From the NCBI GenBank assembly GCA_002633005.1, contig NMRA01000097.1, positions 579,273 through 643,272 of the forward strand: 64,000 nt of DNA, written 5' to 3'. Made by a program: the position numbers and the translations under genes. This document shows, piece by piece, positions 1-12,100 of this stretch. The notes under the pieces were generated by a model. It was not told where the DNA came from. It did not search any database and saw only the letters and a list, made by a program, of their open reading frames with translations. Positions within the stretch are counted from its first letter, which is position 1. Each line of letters starts with the position of its first letter. This stretch comes from Phoronis australis. Taxonomy: Eukaryota > Animalia > Phoronida.

Positions 1-3000
1 TCCTCCATGTTGAAAATCGACGTTGCAAGTGATGGAAACTTGTGTCCTTTGTTTCTAACTTTTAACCCATTTTTTTAAGAATGGGGTGTACTGATTTTGG
101 CTAATGTTGATAGAGCATAACTTTTGGTTTTTACAACGCATTAATCGTGTTGAATGTATTGATATAAAGTGGCCTCATTGAGTTGAACAGAAGATAAATT
201 AAATGTAACACAATAAAGTTTTGTAAGTAAATAAAGCAGTAACAGGACTCCCTAAGAATAAAACTTGTTTTCGAAAACTTTGCACCGCTGGTGATCTGGT
301 TGGTTCATGCACTTACGGCGGGAAAATGATAGACCAAGCATTGTGCACGTGTGCAATGTAGCAACACTTTGTATCTAATTCTTATTTGGCCGATCTGCTG
401 ATACAGTAAATTTTATTGATGCCCATCCTGATTTGACCGCATCTTGAGCTTGTTGGGTTCAACCATATTGGGGTTGGCACAGGGACCCACATGGTGTTTA
501 CTCGAATGGGCTTCATTTTACCGGCTATTTCAAAGTTTGTAGGTGAAGTAAATAAACTAAATGGATGATTATCATCACCGGAATTTTATCATTAGTATAT
601 TTTTCCGGGTGCTCAAATTTTCTAAGACTAGGGATTGTCACATTTGTAAGGTAGAAATGTTTCGCCGGACTTCCTGGTCTGTGGTGTTATTTATAAAGGA
701 CCAAAATTAAAAAGAGGCCCTTGTTTAAATCAAGAGCTGCATAAAAATAATTGCAGGCGATCTGATACACGTTGTACATGGGCCGCGCAGCAGTGAAAAA
801 AGCGTTGCTAAATCCCCCAGCACCCATGTGGTGCGCCGCCTATAGACTATGGGTGGCGCAGCACTGCAAAAAGTGGGGGCTATGCAGTTCGTAAAAAGTA
901 AAACTGGACTTCTAAGCCGCTTGATCTGATTTGACATTTCTCATAATATTTCAAAAGTACTATATTTAGTATCCTTTATGAACGGGGATTCTTTTGTTAC
1001 ATTAGGAGTGGGATTGGTTAATTTTATGCCCTAGTGGTGGTATAGGACATTACAAAATTGGTTGAAGAATTTTGTTTTCGTCATAAACGTTTGTTTGAAA
1101 AACTTAAGTTTGGAAATGTTAGGACTTAAGGAGGAAATTTAAAAACAACTCTCACACCCCTCTGGTGTTCCTGTCCCATGTTTGCAAAGAAGTTGGTTTT
1201 ATTTTCATAGACTGCAATTTACATGTACTTGGCTAAGATGGTCTAGAGATTTTGTGCAGCATATATTCGACATGAAATGAGTGTGTAACCTGCTGTGAAA
1301 TAGACTTTGAATAGGCTAGTTGGTAGCCTAGGTACAAAGTTGTGTACTGAATGTATATTTTGATGATAGTCTTCATACAGCTAGCTGGATCGCTAATCAG
1401 TTGGTTATTTCTGGACTATTAATGCGATGTTTATTGATGTTAAAAGTTTTACCAGCATTCAATTTATTTTTACACGGATTTATAAATCGGCTAAGACGGT
1501 GATCTAAATCCCGACGAAATGTGCGCATTCTGCTGAGATAGTAACCGCCTGTTTAAGGCCAGCAAAGATGACTAATTTGTTAAATTCGCACACTAGGTTA
1601 TGGTTGAAGTTCCTGGTAAGGACAGGAGTTCGTGAATCACTATCTTTTGAAAGCTTTTTCTCCCACAGCTGATAATGGGGATTCCGTACACTATGGAAGC
1701 TAACGCGTTTGCATTTCGCCTGTGACCGAACACCCGGCCACACAGCAACCGACCATGATTAGCAGACGACGTACTTGCCGGAAATAACGCCAGATACTTT
1801 GGCCAGGTGACGCTAGTGAATAATGACGTAACGGCTTGTGCGAAACAGCACAGATTTCGTCCATTGAAAGTATACGAAGTTGGCAGTCTATAGTCTAAGC
1901 GCAAATAGACAAACACGATACGCTAGAAATAAAGAAAAGTCCATTCAAGAGATTTATTATTTTTTTCACAAATCCAAGGTCAACTGGAGCCGGTAGATAG
2001 AAATTGTTGAATCAAGCGTGATATTGTTTAATATTTACGTGACACATTTGAGTTCTTGGCATCACTTGTCATATTCCAAGATTCCATGCGAAATTGCATT
2101 GTGTAAAGCACGTGAGATATTAGGGAAAAAAGAGTTGATGGCAAATCGCTAGATTGCTTTTGTGATTCTCAAAAACGAAACAAGTGTGTGGAATTTGCGT
2201 TCACAGTGCAAACCCGTGTCTTAAGTTAGGTGTTACAGAAGAAGAGCAAACGTTCAATTTAATGCCTGCTGTCCATGCTGCTACCTCGCTGAACACATAG
2301 TGCTAGTGTCATTGCCTGCACAATGGCACAAATTCAGTACAGCGTGTGGAACCATCCAGTTTCACATGAGTGCTTGTTTTGGATAACTGGTATGTATCGT
2401 CATCACTGTGGAAACATCAATTATACCGAATTGTCACGAAAAGATTGAGAAACTGTCAGTTTGACATTGGCTGCCCAATGCTTACCCATCGTTGGATCAA
2501 AGCCGTGTGTGGTCTTAGTGCAAAGCTGTACAATAAATATATAGTTTTGCATCGATGTGGGTAAAAAATGGCTAAATGAAACCTGCCACAAAATGAGTGT
2601 CATTAAAGCTACACTATTCATTGGGTAATCTAAGTTATTTAGACGTTCTCCCGTTCTTCTTCTGTTAACGTGGCGAGGTGCTAATTTGCATCGGCTTTCG
2701 GTGCTATGAAATATGCCGTCAGCTATTGACGAGTTTCTTTTTTCATCGATTCTTCAAACAACTGTTGTTCTTTCACGAGGTTGCGTGCACGCTGAAACAA
2801 GTTATCGAACTGGTTTCACTGCATTATAAAGTTTTACAATTGTGATACCAGCAAACCGAATTTCAGAATAAATTTTGAACTGCGAAGCTGTCATCATCTT
2901 CCGACAGATGTCGCAAAAAATAGGAAATGGCGCTTGAGCTTGTCACGAGCGTACTGTTTTCAAAACGACGACAAACTTTTTGCGCGTTGAATGACCATTG

Positions 3001-3199
3001 GATCGTCACTTTATCGGACTCTACGTTGTTAAAGACCGAGAAACAAGTTCTGGAACGTAGCCATGAACGTAGTCGTTCCGAAAAAAACCCTGACGAGGGA
3101 GTTCGTCACAATCAACGAATACGTGTGCTGTTATCCATAAACAAGGTGCTCCCCTAAGGCATATTGTCTCCTGTATTAGCGGTATCTTTTACAACGCGG

Positions 3200-5500
3200 T
3201 TAAAGATTTGACGAACATTCTTAAACTATTGTTGGGTTTGCCTCCTCATCACATTCCCAACAGTGAAGACTTCATTGACGGAATTAGTGACCTCGAGATA
3301 CCACAATCACGTAAGATGCTTTCCCACGAAGTATCCGCACTTTTCACTAGTGGTCTCCCATCCCTCCCATCGTCGCCAGCATCTTCATGCAAGATTTTGA
3401 GGTTCGTGCTATTGCGACAGCTCCAACTCCCTCGTTACACCGGAGACCATATGTCGATGACATCTCTAGTTATCCACGAAACTTCTGTTGATGAGTTCAC
3501 CAAACCCCTCAACAATCTAGATCTATCCATCCATTTTACCCGAACACTCGAATGAGATATCACTCTCCCCTTCCCCGACATTTTCCTCCGACTACACGGT
3601 GGTGGTTCCACCTCCACTTCCTTTTACCGCAAGCCTAAGCACACTGATCAGTATCTCAGACTTGCATCGAATCACCGTCTCACAAACCATGTGTAATACG
3701 GACTCTACTTAACAGAGCCGAGAAACTTGTTCCTGATGACAACAAAAGAGAGGCTGACGTTCGTCAGAGAAACGAGCATTTCGTGGTAACGGATATCTTG
3801 ACTGGATATTTGATGTACGCAACGAAGAACCACGACTAAGTAACCTCCAGCTCCTTCGATCATCAACATCCCTATATCACAGTCGTCCCCGAAGGGATTC
3901 AGACCACATACCGAAAACACAATATCACGTCGTTTCACAAACCAATCGACACCATTCGGTCCACCCTCCCATCAGTGAAAGATGTGACACCCCCCCTCGA
4001 GAGGTGTGGTGTGATCTACGAATACGAGTGTTGTGAGTGTACTGACAACTATATCGGTGAGACTGGTCTCCAGCTATCGACCAGGATTAAGAATCATCTT
4101 AATTTTGAGGTGCTGAATCCAAAATGTATGCCAATAATAATTGCCTATGAAAATGAGTATAATATATCAATCCATAGGTTTACAAGTACGATAAAAACGA
4201 TTCTGATACTATTTTTGTGACTGGAGGTCAAGGTCAAGCGAAAAGGTCATGGTCAGGCCACACAATTTCCATTGGAAATACAGTGAGCTCAAATATTTCA
4301 GGGAATCTTAAATCATAAATTCATTCTAGCTTTTGAGTGTTTCAGGCATAACATTGTATGACAAAATGAATTTTGATTAGGTCATCGATAAATCTAAGAT
4401 GGCTGCCAGCCGCCATTGTGGAATTATAATGCCTAAGGAAGTGTTAACATCAATTGTATATTTTAATAGGAAATCAAATGCCGAAAAGTTGGGCAACATC
4501 CTTACAATACTAAAAATACCATAAGGCATAGATTGAGTGCAGTAAATAAATCTTCAATTTGGAATAAAAACGATTGTTAAAATTGCCGTTTCTCTTTATT
4601 GAAAACTAACAATGAACCAAATGCTCAAGGTTTACTAAATCTATAACTTTACTGCTCGGAGAATGGCTAAGGAGGCGGCAGGGTAGGAGTGGCTTGTTTG
4701 CGGTAACCCATTGCAACTGACCATTTTGTGTGCTTAAGTCATCACATATTTGCAAAATGCAACCTTGGAGCATAATCTTGTCACGAAAATAGTGCTTAAA
4801 ATGAGCTTCCAGTGCATGATAACGTAATATATTGACGTATCGCTCGAGAGCTAAGAATACTTCCTTAGGCATTGCAATTCCACGATGGCGGCTGGTGGCC
4901 ATCTTAGATTTTTAGATGACCTAAGCAAAATTAATTTGTCATACAGTTTTATACCTAAAACACTCCAAAACTAGTCCAAATTTATATGTACAGATGCGCT
5001 GAAATATTCGAGCTCACCATATTTCCAATGGAACATGTGCAGCATCATGTAACATTGACCTCGACCTGTTCGCGTGACCTTGACCTCCAGTCACAGAAAC
5101 AGTAACAGAATCGATTTTATGATACCTGAAAACCTACAGTTTGATGTTCCTTACTGATTTTAAATGGCATTCATTGGGACTTGCCAATTTCAATATGGCC
5201 GACGGCGGCCATCTTGGATTTGAGGGTTATGCGGACAAAATACAGCATGGCATACATTTTTTTGGATTCAGCACCCCAAAATTAGTGAAAGTCAATCATC
5301 ACATCTGCGTTACACCAAATGGTCTCGACACCATTATTGAAAATTGCAACCTGACTATATTGCTGTTCAGGTGTATGCCAAAGGCCTGCATCACCAGATC
5401 TCTGATAAGGGTTTCAGGATATTAAGTCTACATCGCAGTTTACGAGAAGCAATTGAGATCCAAATCCACACAACTAGTCTTAAGAAAATTTTGGCACTGG
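3200..5500 (+). mobile_element. Decayed Penelope-like retroelement (RT + GIY-YIG endonuclease), split by an inverted-repeat insertion
   Basis: HIPNSEDFI..SHEVSALFT; LNNLDLSIHFT..LPFPD..FYRKPKHTDQYL; GVIYEYECCECTDNYIGETG..TRIKNH. Resumes after the insertion with ..SLREAIEI. Stops and frameshifts throughout. Confidence 0.85.
4100..5284. mobile_element. Non-autonomous foldback/MITE with long imperfect inverted arms, rich in GGTCAAGGTCA/TGACC motifs
   Basis: taattttgaggtgctgaatccaaaatgtatgcc (4100) is the inverse of ggcatacatttttttggattcagcaccccaaaatta (~5250-5284). ~4170-4445 is the inverse of ~4855-5140. Confidence 0.8.
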
Positions 5501-6417
5501 GGTCAGTTACGGGGTACTGCCGACATTACGGTATCCTCGGAACTGTTTTCATCGACTTACACGCGGTGATGAAACAATTTCGTGAGAAATGGTCAAAACG
5601 GCTGTACACTTTCCACAACAAGATACGGCTTTTTCGTTCCAAAACAGATCTCTACGCAATATTTCCATGATTTTCTTTGTTACGAAAGGCGGATAATTGC
5701 GCTAGAAAGTGACTTTTATAAATTTGTTTTTTCACCTTAAAGGCTGTTAGGGGCATGATGAGTGTCTGTTGAACTCCCAGATTCTGTATGCACCCGCCAC
5801 TCTTTAGTCCTTCATGTTCATGCAAGTCTCACAGCGAAGTGACGAGCAGAAGAACCCGGCTTGTGTGCAATTTCGATGTCTGTCGACGCTGAACACACAG
5901 TGGTATCCTAGCTGTATTTTGACAATAATCTCCATAAAGGTAGCTGGCTGTATGGTAAACATACAGATTTGCAGTGATGTACTAGGTAAAAACTGGCCAA
6001 ATGAAATCTGAAACAAATCAGTTTCGCTCAAAACTACACTCTTCCTGTAGTAAACTAAAGTATTTGCCGGTGGCATTCTTTCGTTGAATTTGTGCTAAAG
6101 TAGTTGAGCAATCTTATGCGTCGGGTTTCGGCTCAATGAAATATAGCGTGACATTTAATCGCCAATTCTGCAATCAACTGCTACCACACGAAGTTGGCTA
6201 CATGTCACAAAAATTGTCAGAAGTCGTTTCATTAGTATTTTAATGCCTGTAACCGCACTTCAGAACAAATTTTGCTGTTGCGAATCTCCCATCATTTCGC
6301 GAGAGATGTCACAAAGAACTAAGGAAATGCATGAGAATTTTGAGACATCCAGTTGAGAAAACAGATACTGGAATAAAAACTTACAAAAACTAGAAAGATT
6401 ATTGTCACAGCGTGACA

Positions 6418-8012
6418 ATAATGGACTCTGCGCGTGTGTATTACAGGAATTATTATGGGATATTACTGACAGCAACCAGTTTACCAATATGAAAAAGAAT
6501 TCTTTAAAACTGTAGGAGAAATTACATATTAATTTTTGATGACCTTTCCACTAATTGACCTCTTCCGGTGCATTTTGAGCCCCGAAGAGGGACTAATTGT
6601 TAACTCGATTAAAAGTGTGGTTAATGCTAATAATCACAGATGTTTTACTTTAAGCACTTCAGAATACAAGCTGATTGAAATGGTCAAACTTTCAGAAGAA
6701 AAATGTACCTAATGACCCCATGTGTGCACCAAATGACCTGAAAATTTAGAATTCAAAATCAATCGCACTTAGTAAACAGATACGTAATTCTGAAGTCTCT
6801 AGCTCAAAATTTTAGTTTGCACTCAATGACCTTTGACCTGTTTTTTCTGATTGGTTAGGCGTATTGCGAAGTAAAGCAGGGTATTCAATTGGCATGTTGA
6901 CTTACACCAGTGTGCTGAAATTGAAAAGAATTCCTTCAAAAACGTAAGAGATATAACATTTTGAACGTTACACGACCTTTGCACTAATTGACCTTATCCG
7001 GTGCATTTTAAGCATCTTGTGGAGAATTATTGCAAAGCCCATGGAAAATGTGTTTAACGCTGAGAATCACAGTTGTCTAACGGTTGACACATCAGAATAC
7101 TTGCTGATTGAAAAGGTCAAATTTTCAGAAGAAAAATGCACCTAATGACCCCATGTTTGCACTAAATGACCTGAAACTTTGGATTCCGATTTGATTTACA
7201 TGTGGCAATCAGACCTGTCAATTTGAAGTGTCTATCTCAAAATTTTAGTTTGCACCTAATGACCTTTGACCTATTTCACCTGATTGGATGACCCGATTAC
7301 TTAGAAAAGTAATTTTTTAAATTGTCATGTTGACCTTTACCTGTGCACCGAATTTGAAAAAGATAGCTTTAAAACTGAAGGAGAAGTAGCATTTTGAAAA
7401 TTATATGATTTTTGCACCAAACGACCTCTTCCGGCGCAATATGGAATATGATTTTTAACCAATCAAAATTTATGTACTGTCAAAAGTCATATGCTGAATT
7501 TAAAGACCGTACCTTCACCCAATTTGGAGTTATTAAGCCTCAAATTTGGTCGGAAGAAGAATAAGAAGAAGAATAAGAAGAATAAGAATAAAATTGAAGA
7601 AAACCCAGGAACAGCAGTACTCTGCGCTTATACGCGCAGAGTAATAAGAATAAAATTGAAGAAAACCCAGGAACAACAGTATTCTGCGCTTACACGCGCA
7701 AGTAATAAAATTGAAGAAAACCCAGGAACAACAGTACTCTGCGCTTACACGCGCAGAGTAATAAGAAGAATAAAAAGAAGAATCAGAAGAATAAGAATAA
7801 AATTGAAGAAAACCCAGGAACAACAGTACTCTGCGCTTAAACGCGCAGAGTAATAAGAATAAAATTGAAGAAAACCCAGGAACAACAGCACTCTGCGCTT
7901 ACACGCGCAGAGTAATAAGAAGAATAATAAGAAGAATAAGAATAAGAATAAGTATAAAATTGAAGAAAAACCCAGGAACAACAGCACTGTGCCCTTACAC
8001 ACGCAGAGTAAT
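6418..8012 (-). mobile_element. Helentron/HINE-like non-autonomous element: subterminal IR, ~430-bp tandem cores, microsatellite and 6x amplified hairpin end
   Basis: actctgcgcgtgt at 6425-6437 is the inverse of acacgcgcagagt in the hairpin units. About 2.5 direct ~430-bp cores span 6480-7550, followed by an AAG/AAT microsatellite. Confidence 0.65.
7550..8012. repeat. Six ~55-95-bp tandem units, each with a stem-loop (tactctgcgc ttacac gcgcagagta), separated by AAG/AAT runs
   Basis: aaaattgaagaaaacccaggaacaacagtactctgcgcttacacgcgcagagtaat seen 6 times with minor variants. Confidence 0.92.
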
Positions 8013-9119
8013 CATGTCCAGTGGCGCACAGGGGGCTAAAAATAGCCGAAACATAACTGTCCCTGTAACTAGGACGACGATGTTGTGGCATACGCAAATC
8101 CGTTTTTACGCACATCGACGCAAAGCTGTGTATTCAGTATACAGCTTTGAACATGTACCAAGGCTACTACATAATGGTATGTAGCTAAGTACTGGCTGGC
8201 TCATACTCGGCTGAATCTCACTTCTTCATAAATTCGATGTGTAACGATAAACATGTGATGACCAACTCGATATGCATGAAAGTAAAGTAAATTCTAGGCT
8301 TCCAACCATGTTTAAGGAGGGAGGATTAACGACTTTTCATTGGCTGGCTATGTACTGTTTTGAATTATGCCAGGATCGATGAAGATTTGACAGGCTACGT
8401 AGAAATATACTTCATCCTGGATACTTAGCCGTTAAGGAAGTGCGTCCCTGTGAAGCCATATCAAAAACCTGTTTTAGCGATTATCGTTGAACGGACACTT
8501 TTTGAAGTTATTAACTTTGATCACAACCGGAATTATAAAAATACTCTTTGTTATTTTATTACAAATCTCGCATTCTTGTCGTTGTCTGTGAGACCAAGAC
8601 CGTTTTCTTTACCATTTACATGTCAACACGCTTTAAAACCCTGACACGTATAGCGAGGGATTTTACTTAGAAGGAACCTAGAAGTTTTGTTTTCCACTAC
8701 ATCTAATTTCCGTAAAATTATTTTCCTCGCTGAGAATGTCCCTTTAACATGGGCATGGTTTACAGCTTAGCCAAATAAAGCAAATGATCATTGTTTGAAA
8801 TTACGTGTAAATTTGAGTTAATCAACCTAAAACAACGGGGATTTCCTTATCTACGTGTTGTAGGCTTCAAGCATCCATTTACATAAACATACATGTATTC
8901 CGCGCACGAACGTCTTGATCAAAAAACGCAGAGAGAAAACATTACTTTCATACCACGTCATAACTTTTTAACGTGAATTAGCGAATGGTCTTGTGATTGG
9001 GAGTGCACGTGGCATACAAAAACATAGCATTGTCCTGATAAATGACTTCCAATCGACAACAGGAATATTTTCCAAAAAAAAATAAATGTATCGCTTCAAA
9101 GGGTGCAATTTTATTTCAG

Positions 9120-9194
9120 TTTATCTACTTTTGCCAAGAGTTTCAGGTCAAGGCTGCGGTAATAACCAAATAACTTACCAAGGCGCCTGTGTTA
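9120..9194 (+). CDS. Exon: probable end of signal peptide + 2-Cys segment (xYLLLPRVSG/QGCGNNQITYQGACV)
   Basis: Acceptor ttttatttcag, donor A|gtaagt, 75 nt, phase 1-1. Hydrophobic run ends in VSG. In-frame alternative acceptor gives a start at 9147. Not in the ORF track. Confidence 0.65.
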
Positions 9195-12100
9195 GTAAGT
9201 ATACGGGTTTTCACACTCTGTTTTGAATAGTTTTGACCCCTCCTAGTTACTTAGCAGGCCTGCACGTGAATGACTGCACTTGATGTTTCGCTGCGGTTCT
9301 GCAAGGCATTGGCTTACACTCGCGGCAAAAGATTTTCGGTTGTGACACTGAAACAATGAATTCATCAATTGTATTTCATGATTCAACCCAGTCCAATTAT
9401 ATTGCTTCAGAGGCTGCGAATTTCCTAAGACAAAGGCAGGCTACTTGTATTAAGCTGTCTGAACGTGCTCGCGAAACACTGGTGAAATTTTGCGAGGTAT
9501 TCCGTGACCTTGGTCTCTATGCAAGAATACATGTACATGTAGGCTCATAAAGAGCATTTTTTTGTTTAAGCATCTACAACGTCTGACTGGTCTGTGAGCT
9601 GTGAGTCACCATCGTCAACCAAACAGTTATGTATGCCGCTTAAACTTGCGAAATCGGCGAATTCAATCATGTGTACTAATTAAACACTATTGCTGCTTTC
9701 GCAAAAGGGGTTGATCCGTCGTTTTGGTTGTGAAAAGGCCCATTAATTGTAACAGGAAATAGTTTTGTTGAATTTCCACGCCATGTGGTGTGTATAGCAG
9801 GACAATCTTGTCAAGAACCGTTTTTATGGGGTTGATGCGATGCTATATCATTTCAATAAGCTTTTCAGACTTTGTTCTGTGTGCTTGATCAAAGAATTAA
9901 CATTTCATGCATGTACATGTACATCCAATGTGCTATTGCACTCATAGTAAACAGAGTATCACCTGGGAGCATACAGTGAATAGTCACTGAAAGTGACCCT
10001 TTGATTTTGAAACTACGCGTTTAACACGCGCGCACCCCGGGTCTCGGGAGGGGGGCTCGAACGAGCCTCACAATTTGGCGAAGTGGGCAAAAAGGTCCTC
10101 CTCAAAGAAACGAAATATCCGGAAAAAGTAGAAAACGAGACAAAAGTCCACTAAAAAGGCAAAAACTACCAACATTTGGCGAATGCTCAGTTCATAGCAC
10201 TGAACGCGCCCAGTGAATCTTAGTAAACTGCCCACATTTTCAAAAATTCGAGCCCTCCTCCCCTCACCCCCCNNNNNNNNNCCCCCCCCCCCCACCCCAC
10301 CGCACTTTTAGGCTGTCGATGCGCGTATCTTTAAGTGTTTATGTGAAATCAACGTATATAATCTTCTTGGTTCTTTTGGTTTGTGCTTGTTTCTCACCAA
10401 CACGTTTCTGTATACAGCACATTTAAGCTGTAAAACATATCATTTTGACACCTGTGTCCAACTAGTGAGGCGTCCGGACAGACGCACGAATGTGTTTACA
10501 CCATGTTGCACTACGTGTACTGTAGCTCCAGTTTGCAAGGTAATGTTCTCAAAGCATTTGTGTGTGTGCATTCCAGACATAACAAACGTGCCATGCGTTG
10601 ATGGAGGCACGCTATGTAACCCTTTGGATCTCAAGTATGAATGTAACACCACCCAACAACAGTGCTTCTGCCCAGTGGGCTTCGAAGTAGACGTTTCTTC
10701 GAATCGATGTAAAAGTGGGTAGCAAAAACGCCTAAAATATCACTTTACGTAAGGCTGTTTGCCAACGTGTGCACTCTTAAACAGAGAAGTGCTTTTTGCT
10801 TCCGATACTAGTACACTTTTAAATGTAATAGTTGCCGATTTGGCTTCAGGCTGGCATCTTCCCTTTGGTGGGGAATGAATTAAGCTCAAACACGTGTTAT
10901 TTGAAGAATATTGGCCTTGATATTCCTATTTATTATTTTATTATTTCTATGTACCAGAAATAAGTCTCAAGTATGTGCAATTTGCATTGACCTTAGTGGT
11001 CCCTCACAGTAGTTAGTTTCTCAGAGCCACAGAACAGACAGGTCTCGGAGCTCAACAAGTTTTCCGTATCTTCATGACCGGGTTAATTTCAATCCTCTTT
11101 TCAGAGGGACCCACCGTCATCAGTCTTTACATCAACGGAAGGATTCATCATGGCCGACAGAAGCACTTGCGTGCCAACCAGACTGTTACCTTCAAATATG
11201 AAACCGATGAAGTATATCCCAATTCTAATTTCAACTGGAGCCATCCCTTTATGGAGACACCAGTGATTGGCGAGACAGCACTTGCTCATGGTCTGAAGAA
11301 AAAAAACCTAAAGTTGACAGTCACAATACGCAAAGAAGGCAAAGAGATCAATATGACCATATCCGCCATCAATGGGGTTGGTAATACTGCAGTAACCAGG
11401 CAGTTGACAATAATACCAACGTGTAAGCATTGCCTGTTGTCAACCATATGTCTGATCGAATTAATGTTGTGTAGTAAATAACATCCTCGTCGTTTTAAGT
11501 ATTGGTCAGTCATGCATGTATAAGCAAGCATTGGTGAACCACTTCACGCACGAAGTTTTCGATACGCGTTCAAACATATTTTAAGCAATGGCCCTGTGGC
11601 TGGTATCACCCTAGCTAAGATATAAGTTCCACTGACCAAAAAAACTGTGATGGAAAATTCCATTTCATCTATTTTTACATATGTAACCTACACTTACAAT
11701 TGAGACCAAATTACCAATTCTATGTTTAGTTACATGTATATGTAGACTTCCAAGATCCAAGACAACATACTTTTCACGCTGTTGCCATTGTGAAAGATAA
11801 CATAATATTGATATGGTGATGCACCCACATACTATATGCTCGTCTGTGCGTTTGACATCCGCTGCGGTACCTCACAAACCCCTGCAGTGTTTTCATAAAT
11901 GTTGGCACATGTGTTCTTCTGGTGCTTACAATGGACATCGACCTCAAAAGAGGCCCCCGAAAATCGAGCTTCGCGTATTTCGTCATTTTTCACAATTGGC
12001 GATTCCTACAGCTACTGGATATGCTAGTTGGATCACTATTTAGATACGCTATTACCAACTTTGTAAATCATTCAACAAAACTAGAGGAGAAATCACAGAC

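Noticed and set aside
1568-1616. Candidate first exon (ATG..CCTG|gtaagg) for the Ig gene
   Set aside because: The longer ATG frame ends in phase 0, which is incompatible; the phase-1 option gives a poor, short signal peptide.
7550-8012. CRISPR-like look (hairpin repeats with variable spacers) and K-rich ORFs
   Set aside because: Spacers are only AAG/AAT microsatellite, the context is eukaryotic and there are no cas genes; the ORFs are repeat artefacts.
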